In this document: positions 12,867 through 26,950 of the stretch, piece by piece
How positions within the stretch are numbered: position 1 is the stretch's first letter
How the letters are laid out: the number at the start of each line of letters is the position of its first letter
DNA from: Octopus vulgaris
Lineage: Eukaryota
Assembly: GCA_951406725.2 (NCBI GenBank)
Contig: OX597839.1
Span: 15,748,001 to 15,812,000 of the forward strand
Reading direction: 5' to 3'
Length of the DNA: 64,000 nt
Position numbers and translations under genes: made by a program
The notes under the pieces: model-generated
Databases searched by the model: none
Told to the model about the DNA's origin: nothing
The model's input: the letters and a program-made list of their open reading frames with translations, nothing else

Positions 12867-15800
12867 AACATTTCCACTCCTTAACATTCAACCATCTTCT
12901 ACAAACACACACACACACACACACAATCATTCTCACCACTATACATACATATTACAATCTCTTTTACCAGAGTTACCATCACCACCGGCAGCACAACTCC
13001 AGCCCCATCTTCATGCCAAAGGCTCTGCCACAAACCTCTAAAGAAGTTAATGAGACCATATGTAAATAAAACTGCCAAGTGTTTTGGGAGGGCAGTGGGG
13101 GAAGAAGTGGTAGCAACAAAAGGGGTCATTAGAGGGCAGCAGGGGTTAATGGGGAAGGCAGAGTTGCCGGAGATGTACTGTGTGTTACATCAAAACAAGA
13201 AACCAGGGTTTATTTTTGTACTTTAACTGGGAAAATTGTAGAATATTTCAAGGGAAAAAAATGGTCCGGCCTGTCTGTTTGGCAATGTGAAGTTAAATGA
13301 AGTGCTTGCTCTCTTTAGTGATAAACTCCTGAACAAGGCCACAAGAGAAACTCCTATAGAGAACCTGACTGAAATAGCAGCCAAATCTCATCCACATCAC
13401 ACCCTAGTATCTTAAATCCTTTTGAGACACATGGTGTTTTGGTATGTGTAGACAAATATTTTTTGTCGAGATTGAAATTGGTGAGTGCATGTAGAAAACA
13501 AGGGATAAAGTACATAAAACTATTAGTATGTAAAATTATTATAGCATATATGTTTTTAGATTACATCTTCTGAAAGATGATCCCTGATAGACTATTACAC
13601 TTCAAAACGTTTGTTTTATTGAGCTGATGGATCAGCCTCAAAGTCCTTTCAGCTTGTATCACTTGGGCCAATCAATCAGCCTGACTGTTACAAAAGGGTT
13701 AATATGGAAAGTTTTTTTTTTTAATAATCAACAGAGATAATAACATATATAACACGTATCTATATGATACATATATAATACAAAGCACACATTAAAATGC
13801 AAATCCAAAACTGAAGAAAACACAAATGTGAGCAAAGCAAAAAAAGTAGGAAAAAGAGAAAGAAACAAAGAAAAAGAGAAAGAAACAAAGGAAAAGAGAA
13901 GCATCAATTAAACACCAAAGTACGTCAATTGGTTGCACACGACAAGGTTCAATGGAAGCAACTGACGCAAACCAACAACAAGCTCAGGGTGTTACCACGG
14001 GTGATAAGTACCCTCACGGGCATCATCTGGCACCTCTGAAAGGCAAGCCACCTGATCTTGAAAACATTGGCATATGTTGTTCTTGTTACTACACAATGCT
14101 TGAGAGGACAAGATAGACATAGCTGGATTGTTTGGGATCATAATCTGCTCAGTGGTCAAAGCTAAACGACATTTGACTAAGGAGGGTAATATATCTTTAG
14201 TCCTGTTACTTATCCCTGTCCTAGTATCTCCCAATCCCACAATGTGGCAATCTGTCCATTAAATAATGCTCTTTATAAGACATTAAAGCAGTCTTAAGTT
14301 CAAAACTACTTCTGGCATTATACACTTCATTCTAATAATTAATATTCCATTAACAGATTGGTTTCATTTTCTAATATCCATACATTTGAGAGAACACATT
14401 AGCATCATTGTTGGGGATAGATTTCCAGCAACCCAATCACTGGTCCACATTTACCAGGGAGACACTAATAAAGATTGTCTGTGCAAATCTTTGCAGAGCA
14501 AATACTACATAAGTTTGTTTTTTTTAATTCAAAAGCACTGGCTGTTTTCTGGCCAATGTCTACATCTTTCATTGATATACATCAGTGAAAATACACACAC
14601 ACACAGAGTTTCTGCAAAGTTTCCATCTACCAAGATCCACTCGCAAGGCATGGGTCAACTCAAAACAAGGGCAAAAAAAAAGACGCTTGCTAAAAAGTGG
14701 GATAAAGGTTAAAACCACATTATTATAAAGTATATTTCTTAACCACACAGCCATGCTTGTGCCCACTTTACTCTATGTTGTTTCAATTAAAACTACTGGT
14801 TAGTAATAGGTCCCAGCTCCTGAGGGAAGGTTGCATCAAGACAGACTGGTATCTTTTGCAAGGAAGCACTTATCTTTCATCCACATAATATAAAAAGAGT
14901 GAAGGTACTGAGACCCCTAAAATGTCCCTCTGTCCTCACACCTTCTGGAGACATTTTCATTAAGCCCAAAAATCCAAGGAAGGTCACAATTGTTCCCTAT
15001 CTTCAGCCTGGCACTAAGAGGGATACACAGTTGCAGCGTATCCACTCCATTAATGAGGCTCAACCAAGTTTTTTGTTTTGTCTACCTTCTTCACAAACCT
15101 TAAAACCATTCCTTTGTGGGGAGGGATTCAGTGTTTCTTAATAAGAAATACATAGTGAAATCAGATAATACAACAGCACTTCACTGATGTAAAGATAAGC
15201 TCCTGTTAACTTCGTGCCTAATAAAACTGTCTCTAAAATATCTGAACATCTTATAATGTAGAACAGTGGCTTGCATAGCTGGGTAACCAAACAGGTATGG
15301 CAACATTACTACCTGATGAGCAAAGAAGACTTTCCATGGTCATTCAACCTACTAGAAATGGTAGCCAGATCTCCCTCAAAAAATAATATGAGTGGGGGTG
15401 GGGTGGCAGACAAAGGATAATTTACTCAATATACAATAAAAAAGGGATAGTCATGACTGGAATAACTTTGATTTACTCAAATGAAGCTTGCTTTGGGATT
15501 AAACAACAACCTGCTGACAGACAGGAGCTATCTGCTTTGTAAAAGGGTCAAAAGGGGAGCAGCTTTTGGGGACTGTACTTGATGATTTGCAGAATGAATG
15601 ACTTGTTCCAATTGAATGACACTGACCTCAGTAGGAATTGAACCCAAAGTAATGAGACAATGCTGAAATTGATAAAGGTATTTAACATGATCTCAAAACA
15701 AGAAAAAAAGGAAATGAATGAAAGGAAGATGAGGAAAGCCACAGTATGAGAAACTTGTCTAAGAGAGCAATGACTCGAGTTTAAACTGATACAAGGTTGA

Positions 15801-16069
15801 GGGAGGCTCTTTAGTCCTTCACACAGGTACAGCCATTTTAGTGCTGGTTGCACAATAAAATATACTCATTCCATACTCTGAAGTAGTTGGTGCTAGGAAG
15901 AATATACAGATGTTGCAGCTATGCCAAATGAATAGGACAAACAAGTGGGGGTATGATGTTGGGAGTATCAGATGATGAAGGCCTGCAACAAGGGAGGCAG
16001 ACACTTAAGACCGGTTCAAATATGAGAAAAATTATAAAAAATGATGTGCATACATCAGTAATTATCTTT

Positions 16070-16490
16070 TCTACTGCACATATAAAAAAGCCTGAAATTT
16101 GGGGGACAGGGGCTAGTCGATTACATCAGCCCCAGTGCTCAACTGGTATTTATACTATCAATGCTGAAAGGATGAAAGACAAAGTCAAGCTCAGTAGCAT
16201 TTGAACTAAGGCAAAGCATTCTGTCCCTTTTTTGGGGGGTGCTAACAATTTTGCCAGCTCTACATGTTACATCAGTAATAATGGTTTCAAATTTTGCCAC
16301 AAGGGCAGCAATCCTGGGGGAGGGGATGAGTCAATTACACTGACCCCAGTGTTCAACAGGTACTTACTTTATTGACCCCAAAAGGATGAAAGGTAAAGTT
16401 GACCTTGGCGGAATTTGAACTCAGAACATAGCGACGGGCGAAATATCACTAAGTATTTCATCCAGCATGCTAACGATTCTGCCAGCTCGC
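16070..16490 (-). mobile_element. Two tandem SINE family B copies
   Basis: AAAGGATGAAAGG..AAGT..ACC..GG..GAATTTGAACTCAG..TGCCAGCTC on the plus strand is the reverse of a tRNA-like head (TGGCAGAATCGTTAGC, GAGTTCAAATTCC). Confidence 0.8.
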
Positions 16491-16915
16491 AGTAATGAAA
16501 CTTAACAATGTTCCTGCAGAAACCTTCAATAAGCAGGCTTAATGATCAATGAGACTAGATCTAAATTACCCAATGTCCCCTTTTTAAAATGGTATGGTGT
16601 GATTTGAGAAAGATTAGGCTGCTGTTTCTAGTAGATCAAATGACTACACAAGCCCCATTTATCAACTCATTCAGATGTATACATTGTCAACAAGTTGGGT
16701 TTCTGATTGCCCTACTTAAAGTACAACCAGATACTCCAATGGGAGGATGGAATATTGTATAGCTTATAATTTCACTCTGTCCCCTGCCTCCACCCCAACA
16801 ATATTTTCAACCAACTGTTTCCACCACACTCATAATCAATGAGGGAGTCTCTTCACAGTCGCTTGACTGCTAGAAATAACAGCTAAAGCTTTTTCAACAA
16901 TGCAACATACTACAC

Positions 16916-17273
16916 TTTTACTCTTTTACTCGTTTCAGTCATTTGACTGTGGCCATGGTGGAGCACCACCTTTAGTACTTATTCTATCATCTAGTTTGCC
17001 GAACCACTAAGTTACAGGAATATAAACACACCAGCATTCAAGCGATGTTGGGGGGACAAACATAGATACACAAACATCATATATAAATATACATATATAC
17101 GACAGGCTTCTTTCAGTTTCCATCTACCAAATCTACACACAAAGCTTTTGGTCGGCCTGAGGCTATAGTAGGCTATAGTAGAAGACACTTGCACAAGGTG
17201 CCACGCAGTGGGACTGAACCCAGAACCATGTGGTTGGTAAGCAAGTTACTTACCACACAGCCACTCCTACGCC
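16916..17273 (-). mobile_element. SINE family A, near full length
   Basis: Reverse complement of the GGCGCAGGAGTGGCTGTGTGGTAAG head through the CCAGCATGGCCACAGTCAAATGACTGAAAC tail. Confidence 0.88.
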
Positions 17274-18168
17274 TAGCTTACAAAATAAAAAAAAAGAAAA
17301 TGACATTCTTGGATAATGAAGCCAGTCTAGGATATTACTTCAACAGAAAAAGATAGATGGCGCTAAGAGTGGGGGATAAGCAACAACAATCACCACTAGT
17401 AATGATACTCCCACCACTGCACTACCCAGAGAGAGAGAGACACACACACACACAGACATAGCACTCAACACTACCAACGCCACTACTGCCTCCACCGCCA
17501 CAACTAACCCAGCTACAAAACAGATGGTCCTCCACCCCCACCCCCCACTCATCAAGCAAACTCACTGCCCTGTCCCCAGGATGTTGCGGTTGTACAGATG
17601 TGCACCAGCAGACCAGGCCCCTTTAAAAACAGGGACCTACCAGATACCCCATGATTGATTCTGTCAAGCTGTGAAGCCCTCTGCAATGTCTGTGTGTGGG
17701 GACGGGGGTGGACGCATGTACGTGTGTGTGTACATGTGGTGATGTCTGGGCATTGTACAGCGTGGCATCCTCCATCTATATTTACCAACAGATACACAAA
17801 TGTACTCAGTGATTATATGCAATCACATGACTAAATATATTTTTTCTTACACACACACACACACACACTAAGCAATATATGTTCATTCATAAAAAACCCT
17901 CAAATTGTGTATATTCACTGATACACACACAAACAGAGTGTGAGCATGGCATATTAGATACGACAACAAGAACATAAAATCCTTCCATATAATTCTGGTT
18001 GTACTTTTAGCTGAAGATTTTATGGTTAGTATTGGAAACATTCAATGCCTTACAATAGCTCTAAGTTTCATCTGAGGGTGGAGAGTATTTGGAATGGCAG
18101 CAGATATTGACTTCAAGATAAAACTACCAGTCAATGGGAAGCACTGGATTTTCCCCTAACCCATAATA

Positions 18169-18209
<41 letters not shown>

Positions 18210-18233
18210 TAGAGAGAGAGAGAGAGAGAGAGA

Positions 18234-18612
18234 GGTGCAGGAGTGGCTGTGTGATAAGTAGCTTGCTTACCAACCACATGGTTCCCAGCTCAGTCCCACT
18301 GTGTGGCACCTTGGGCAAGTGTCTACTATATAGCTTCGGGCCAACCAAAGCCTTGTGAGTGGATTTAGTAGACGGAAACTAAAAGAAGCCCGTCATATAT
18401 ATTTATAATGTTTGTGTGTCGGTGTGTCTTTGGTCCCCACCATCACTTGACAACTGATGCTAGTGTGTTTACATCCCCGTAACTTAGCAGTTTGGCAAAA
18501 GAGACTGATAGAAAAAGTACTAGGCTTACAAAGAATAAGTCATGGGGTCAATTTCTTTGACTAAAGGCAGTGCTCTAGCATGGCCTCAGTCAAAAGACTG
18601 AAAGGAATAAAA
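18234..18612 (+). mobile_element. SINE family A, full length
   Basis: A-box and B-box head, CORE-like GCACCTTGGGCAAGTG, internal microsatellite and tail. Confidence 0.88.
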
Positions 18613-18624
18613 AAATGTATATTT

Positions 18625-18965
18625 TATTCTCTTACTTATTTCAAACATTTGACTGCGGCCATGCTGGAGCACCACCTTTTAGTTGAGCAGATCAACCTCC
18701 AGGACTTATTCTTTGTAAGCCTAGTATTTATTCTATCAGTCTCTCTTGCTGAACTGCTAAGTTACAGGGATGTAAACACACCAACATTGGTTGTCAAGTG
18801 ATGGTGGTGGGGGGGGGACAAACACAGACACATAAACATATACATGACAGGCTTCTTTCAGTTTCCATCTACCAAATCCACTCACAAGGCTTTGGTTGGG
18901 CCAAGGCTATAGTTGAAAACATGGTGTCACGCAGAGGGAACTGAACAGGGAACCACATGGTTGGG
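18625..18965 (-). mobile_element. SINE family A, tail-to-tail with the previous copy
   Basis: Reverse complement of the family-A body and tail. Confidence 0.85.
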
Positions 18966-18968
18966 ATA

Positions 18969-19009
<41 letters not shown>

Positions 19010-19039
19010 TTATGAAATATATATATGTATATAATAATC

Positions 19040-19245
19040 ATGATTTCAAATTTTGGCACAAGGCCAGCAATTCTGAGGGAGATTACATCGACGCTAGTGT
19101 TAAACTGGTACTTATTTTATCGACCCTGAAAGGATGAAAGGCAAAGTCAACCTTAGTGGAATTTGAACTCAGAACCTGAAGACAGATCAAATATCAGTAA
19201 GCATTTCACCCAGTGTGCTAATGATTCTGCCAGCACACCACCTTA
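19040..19245 (-). mobile_element. SINE family B
   Basis: Same motifs as 16070-16490. Confidence 0.8.
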
Positions 19246-19267
19246 AGAACAACAACAACAACAGCAG

Positions 19268-19471
19268 CATATTATTCATTTAAAGTCACACTAGAGCTAT
19301 TCTCTTCACTAAATCATTATTTGGTGTCAAAATTTCTGCCGCAACAACTAATAACCTGGCAAAGCTGTGCCATTGACCAGGTTGCAGTTGGTGCAATGAA
19401 AATTTTGACACCAAATATAAATGTTTAAGTGAGGTTAACAGTTTTTGTGCGATTTTTGAACAGCTAATATG
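19268..19471. repeat. Degenerate palindromic (MITE-like) element
   Basis: TATTTGGTGTCAAAATTT / AAATTTTGACACCAAATA is an 18-bp perfect inverted repeat with imperfect extensions. Confidence 0.7.
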
Positions 19472-20460
19472 TCTTTCACGCTATAATTATTTTAGTTCAA
19501 ACATATGGTCTCAAATCAAATCACTTGCCAAGCAAGTATATCTCCTGTATGTGTGATGTGTGTGCATATGTATATATATATAAATTCTGGCAGGAGGGGG
19601 TCCAGACATACACATACATACTATATTTACTTGAGTACAATGTGATCCGAAATATGTGGACCTCCCACAATTTTAGCTTAAAAAATATGAGTTACATGTT
19701 TTATCATCTTATTTTTCTTTCTCTTTTTACACACAAATTTAATATTCATCCAAACCATTTTGACGATCATGTTTTATATTAAATTTCCTGTGTCTTACAA
19801 GATTGTATAGTTTAGTATTTTTATGTAGGCACCCTTTTAGTCAACATGAATTTTTACAAATAGAGACCAAATCTTCGTCAAATACCATACTTCCATCTAC
19901 AAATTTTTTTTTTTTTTAAATGGAAGAACTCATCAGCAAATGTAGCCCTAGATATCCCTTAAATGACAGGATGGCCATGGCAAGAATGTCTTCATAGGTT
20001 TGAATAAACGGGGTCAATATGGGACTATACAATAACCACACATGCACAAAACCATAGTTTATAATCTATATTTTGTGTGTGTGTGCATACATGTGTTATA
20101 TGTTATATACGCAGATTGCATTACAGGACCCTCCCTTCATCAGCTGTTGACCAATCACCATATTTTGGAAGACACTTAAAATGCCCTGCAACAGAATTCA
20201 ACCTAAAACCATTGATGCCAGTGAACTTAACATAGCAATGTGTGGTGTACATCCAACAGATATGTTGTGTGTGTGTATATAATAGGGATGCAGAAAGGAG
20301 TTATGCATAGGAGGGTGTATATAGCATCAATGAAGAGAAAGAAGAAAAATGTCTCAAAAACTAATACTGATGACACCATAAGATTGTAATTTTAAACAAC
20401 AAAACAGGAATTGTTTAGTTGAACCTATAGATCATATGTACTAATAGCTTTATAACACTG

Positions 20461-20665
20461 CATGCACATACATATATGTATATACATACATACGTATGTA
20501 TACACACAGACATACATATTATATATATATGCATGTATACACACATATGTATACACATATATACACACACACACACACACATATATACATACACATATAT
20601 ATGTATACACACATATATATACATACACATATATATACATACATGCACACATACATACATACATG

Positions 20666-20702
<37 letters not shown>

Positions 20703-21105
20703 CACATATATATATATACATACATGTACATATATATATATATATATATACATACATGCACATATATATATATACATACATGTACATATATATATATATA
20801 TATATATACATACATGTACATATACATATATATACATACATGTACATATACATATATATACATACATGTACATATACATATATATATACATGCACATATA
20901 TATATATATATATATACATGCACATATATATATATATATATATACATGCACATATATATATATATACATGCACATATATATATATATATATACATGCACA
21001 TATATATATATATACACATCCACATATATATATGTATACACACACATACATGTGTATAAGCACACATATATATACATATATTATATGTGTGTGTGTGTAT
21101 ATATG
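20461..21105. repeat. Compound (TA)n/CATGCA/CATGTA satellite
   Basis: Direct reading. Confidence 0.95.
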
Positions 21106-22202
21106 TCTTACCCATACCAGCAAGGAATGCAGATAAACGATGATGCTAATGATACACATACATACAACAAACATGCTCAAACATATATATCCACATACAC
21201 ACACACACAAACAGCAGGTTACTCTACAGTTTTTGTCAGAAAGATCATACCATAGGATCTTCCTGATCCTCTGGTAGAAAGAAGACACTTGCTCATGATG
21301 GCACACAGCAGGACTGGTCCTTAAAACCATGTGGTTTTGAAGTAAACATCTCAGCCACACAGCCATGCCTGCACCAGAGAACAGAACAGCAGACACATTT
21401 GTACTGACACAGATCGACATTGACAGAAACACTACCCAACGGCAACTCAAAATATAAGAAAAATTTACAGGTTTATGCATTTAGTAAACAAATATTTTTA
21501 GCCTCACTGTAGATGATGAATGCTATGGTCAAGCCACAAGTTTTAATCCTTATGATGAAGAAAAAGACCTGACGAATTTGTCTTTTTTAAAAGGTTCTAT
21601 TCATACTGGCCCCAAAGTTTATTCCAGTCTGAGGCTTATTCTATCAATACCTATTTATGAAATTACTAAGTTATACAGATGAACAAACATGAACATAAAC
21701 AAGACACACATTCACACACACACGCACGCACACACACACACACATCCTTTGATATTTGCATCTACCAAAACCCATTGAGAAAGCATTAGTTAACTGAAAG
21801 CCAACAGAAGCCTTTGCATGAGGTGGAAGAAGCAAGATGAAGCCTGCAACCATGTCAGAGTGAAGCAAACTTAGTCATCACAGATTATATATACACGTGT
21901 GTATGTATGTATAAAGAGAACACAAATGGCGTTTAAACTTTACAACAGCAGTTTCAGTAGAATTTTGAGGTATTCATAGATTACATTAACATGTAATCCA
22001 CCATCTTCACCTAAGCCACACCTGGAACCAACCCCAGAGTTGAATCTACAATTTAAATATTCACAACATCCTACCAACATGACACCATCATTGCAGTTTG
22101 CCTCCCTGTGAACTCTACATTATTGTACCTAGCCATTTCTGGCATCCTACATGTTGATATGCCTAGGTTCTATTGAATCCTTATAACTAATTTTTATATA
22201 CA

Positions 22203-22244
<42 letters not shown>

Positions 22245-23579
22245 ACACACACACATATACACACATACATACACACACACACATATATATATACACACAC
22301 ACATACACACACACACACACACACATATTGAAGTGGAAAACAACTATATAAATTACGACCAACTTTAGATTTCCAAACCCCAACAGTAAATACTATCAAC
22401 TGTGTATCATGTATTGAATATTTATTCCTCTAGTTTGTAAACACAAATATTAACCTAATTACACACACCTGGCAATCATTAACATCAAGCCATTCATACT
22501 CAACATTATCTGTACTTATCTTACACCAATTTCCTTCGCTCTTTCTTTTTCCCCACAACAGCTTCAGTGTGTGTGTGTGTGTGTGTGCACCTCAACTGCA
22601 CACTACGATGTCAATATGCTTCAAATACATATACCAAAAAAACACACATCCTGTTGCACACACCCACAATAGCATGTACATTCAACTGACATACACCACA
22701 CACATGAATTCACATGTATTCAAATACTCATACACATACATACATACATACATACCCACACTGGTATAAATAAACACTCAAAAATACATAAACCCCTATC
22801 AAGTTAGCGTATCTAACGTTATTTTAATGCTTTAAATCCTGACTTACAAACAAGCCACCAGGTACAGATAGGGTAGAATGATCAGGTGTCTACACTTGGA
22901 TCACATAACCAAAACACCTGCAAGTACCCCCACAGTGCCCTCAACATAACTGCATCCACTCCATCCCTAACTTCCATGCATCCAACATACAAGCACACCT
23001 ACACACTCACACACTGGTGTATCTGCACATCCACAGCCACATACATATTCCCATACACCAACACACACAAACATTTAATAAATAAATATAGCTTTTCTCA
23101 TCAATTTATTATTTTAATTCTAAGTTTTTTTTCCATTCCAGATGCAACATTCAAATTTCACCCATGATAACGTTTTTCCCGGTCTTCACACACACACACA
23201 CACACACAAAATTTTTGTTCTCGAAATTCCTTTTACAATGATTTGGTCAAATTGAATCAACAGAAGAAAACATCTGCCCAAGGTGCTGCACAGTAGGATT
23301 GAACCCTCAACTTCAACATGGAGTGGACTCCTTAACCACCCTACTAAGCCTGCAGCCCTATTCTCATTGCAAGTTGTAATGATAGCTGGCAGCTTGCCAC
23401 TCTTCACACAGGGGTTTCTAATCCATAATTACTAACATCTAGGCACACAGGAGCCAAATGTGGAAAGGTTTTAATAACTATTGTTAATTAGCTCTGATCA
23501 AGCAGACATTCCAACCATGACAATTCATCCATTTAAAAAAAAAATTTATAGCCTTTCTTATTTTTTGAGATGTTATAGC

Positions 23580-23792
23580 TGTGGCAGATACTGGTGTCAT
23601 GCAAAATGGCACCTGTGCCAGTGGCATGTTAAAGCACTCTTGAAAGGGTTAGTGTTTAGGAAGGGCATCCAGCCATAGAAAACCATGCCAAATCAGACTG
23701 GAGTCTGGTGCAGCCTTCCAGCTTGCCAGCTCTGGTCAAACCGTCCAACCCATGCCGGCATGGACAACGGACATTAAATGATGATGATGATG
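23580..23792 (+). mobile_element. RTE-type 3' tail
   Basis: AGGAAGGGCATCCAGCC...CCATGCCGGCATGG...(GAT)n. Confidence 0.8.
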
Positions 23793-25544
23793 GTGTGATT
23801 TTTAAGGGAATTTGACTGCTATTTCTACTGCTTCTAGCAGGTTCATACAGCCATACAGTATCACCCAAGTCGGCTCAAGCTGTACTAACTCCGGGCAAGG
23901 TAGTAGAGTGAGGTTCTCTTAGATTATTACAAGCCTCAGTTGTCAAAAATAATTACCAAACATTGTAGAAACGTTATATTTGTTAGGCCAATATCATATC
24001 CAGAATGGAGAGTTTGATCTCCTTTCCTCTTGCTTCAATTTGTCAAGTTGTCATGTATTATTATTATTATTATTATTATTATTGTTGTTGTGCCAAATCT
24101 CCTTGGAATGTTAATTGGTGTCCTATACAACAGATTTATCATTCACTAAGCCCTGTAATGCAAGAGGTGCTAAGCAGTGAGACCTTAAAATCCCCTTCAA
24201 TGTCAACAAAAGAGCCTCTACATGATTGCTTGAACTGCTAGAAATAGCAACCAAATATTTCTCAAATCACACTCCAGCAACTTTAAAAAAGGACACATTG
24301 CATTAAATGCGGTTCTAGAGAAAAAGACAAAAATGGTCACAGCTTGATTGGAGCTGACTTCAAGCTCAACAAGAAACATTCAAGCCATCGAGGGTGCCTC
24401 AATGCAACTTGCTAGAAATAGCAGCCAAATTTCTCATGAAATCACCTCCTTAACATCTTAGGAACAACACATTGAATAATAAATAATAAATATAAATCTA
24501 GATATATCTGGAGAGACAAAACAAGATCAGGATGGTCAGCAAGAAAATATCTTTGATCATAGATCTGCTGGATGAGGAATAACCTGGCACCAAATAATGA
24601 ATTCTAAAAATTGCACAAAGCCACAGTTTTTTTAGAGGTGGGGGAGTAAAGTTGGTTAAATCGATCACAGTATTTGATTTTTATCTACCTGCCAGAAGTT
24701 ATGAAAGGTAAATTGCTCCTTGGTGGGATTTGTGTCGTTTAGTTAATGCCTTTTTGCAGGAGATTTGGTTGTCGTTGCATGTGAGGAGAGCAACCATTTA
24801 GTTATGGCCTCGAAAAGGTCAAAGCTAAACAACAGAAAGCAATTTGTGTGATGCTCTAATGATTCTACAAATCTACTGCCAAGATCTGAATAATAACTTG
24901 ACAATTATATGGTAAAAATTGAAATATTAAAAAAAGAGACGAGTGGAGAGAGAAAGAGAGATGTGTTCAGAGAGAAAATAAGAGAGAGGAGAGAGAAGAA
25001 AAAAGAGACTCATGAGAATAAGACTTGTGTAGAGAGACTTAGAGAAGGACATGTTGGTGTTAATTTCTTGATTTCTGTAGTCAATCAAATACGGATTGAT
25101 CAATATGCAACATTAATAAGTTTCAAATCTGTGTAATACCAATCAATCTAAAATGCACACAAAATTACAAATGAAGAAATCCCCGTTCTTTTGTTTTCTA
25201 CTAAACTCTGTGACCGTATGCCAAATTCTTCTGTTTATCAACTTTGGATTTACAGATTAGCCAGGCAGTCGACAGTGGATTAACTACGTGGATTGCAAGG
25301 ACTTCCTCTGGTCAATTTGGTTAGTAAAGTTTGACTCCAACAGAATGCTTCAAGAGTATCTGTCTAGATTTTTAATCCCTTTTTTTTTTTTGTGCATGTG
25401 CACACACACACACACACACACACATATATGATGGCTCTGCTGCTGTTGACAAAAAAAAAACATTGACTTGTTCAGTCAACTGAACTACTTGTTAAATTAG
25501 CATACACATGGCTGAGTGTTCTTCATGCATATGTACTTATTATT

Positions 25545-25738
25545 TCAAATTTTTTGCCAAAAGGGCAGCTTGGGGGAGGTGGGATGAGTTGATTACATCG
25601 ATCCCAGTGTTTTATTGACCCCAAAAGGATGAAAGGCAAAGTCGACCTCGGCAGAATTTGAACTCAGAACGTAGTGACAGGTGAAATACCACTAAGCATT
25701 TCGTCCAGTGTGCTAAAGATTCTGCCAGCTCGCCGCCC
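25545..25738 (-). mobile_element. SINE family B, well preserved
   Basis: Ends GATTCTGCCAGCTCGCCGCC, the reverse of the tRNA-like head. Confidence 0.85.
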
Positions 25739-26344
25739 TAGACATATGTACTTATAAAATATTTGTCAAGCAGAACTCAGCATAACACAGAAAGCAATAA
25801 GGTTGGATCTTTGATGTACAATCCTTTCAACCAGGCTGCCACAGTTTCAATATCAACCCAATTTCACTCTCAGGTTGACCTGATGCCATGAGAAATTACA
25901 CTTGTCCAAAGTTCCAAACAATGGGATTGATCCCAGGAACAACCTGAATTGTTAACCATTCAGTTATATGAAATAATTAAAGTGTCGTCATGTACTTACA
26001 TAATTAAGTTGTCATCATTTTGTATGTTGGGACACCGAAACCAGCTGAAGAAGATCACACAGAATATCAGGGAGCCACAAATAATAAACTTGACAGACAC
26101 TCTCATGGTGATGATTCTGTTAGGCTCTGCAATAGAGAGAGAAAGACATCGGTTAATACATTACTGTAAAGGCATCAACATCACAACTTCACCTACACCG
26201 TCCATCTCTATATAGCCTTTATTATGCAAAAACAATGCAACAAAAATGGTTCGTTTGCATGGTACACATGTTTGTAAATTGTAGGGATGAGGGGTAAAGT
26301 TGATCGAATTGACAAACTGGGGGTAGGTACGGTTGTATTGTATG

Positions 26345-26555
26345 AATGAGTGTAGCATTAAGTTGTTTGCTTCATGACCCTGTAGTTTTGGGTTCAAACC
26401 TACACCCACATTGTGGACAATTACCTTTCACTGATGCCTTGGATGAAATCTGATAAGCAGAAACTCTATGGAAGCGCATTCTGTGCAGGTCTTCAAATAT
26501 ATACACATATAAATATACACATATATGCACACACACAAACATGTGTGTGTGTGTG

Positions 26556-26599
<44 letters not shown>

Positions 26600-26901
26600 C
26601 ACACACACACACATATATATATATACACACACACACACACAAATATATACATATATATATACATATGCATACATACATATATATACATAAAATGTACTGT
26701 TCTGTGATATACACATGTGTGTGTGTGTGTGTGTCCACCCCTACAGCTTGACAACCAGTGTTAGTGTGTTTACATACCCATAACTTAGAGGTTTGGGAAA
26801 AGAGACCAACAAAAACAAGTCCTGGTGTCCATTCATTCAACTAAAACCCTTGAAGGAAGTGCTCCAGCATGACCACAGTCAAAAGACTAAAACAAGCTAC
26901 A

Positions 26902-26905
<4 letters not shown>
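26345..26905 (+). mobile_element. SINE family A with expanded internal microsatellite
   Basis: Decayed head, ~240-bp CA/TA tract, and recognisable 3' half and tail. Confidence 0.7.
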
Positions 26906-26950
<45 letters not shown>

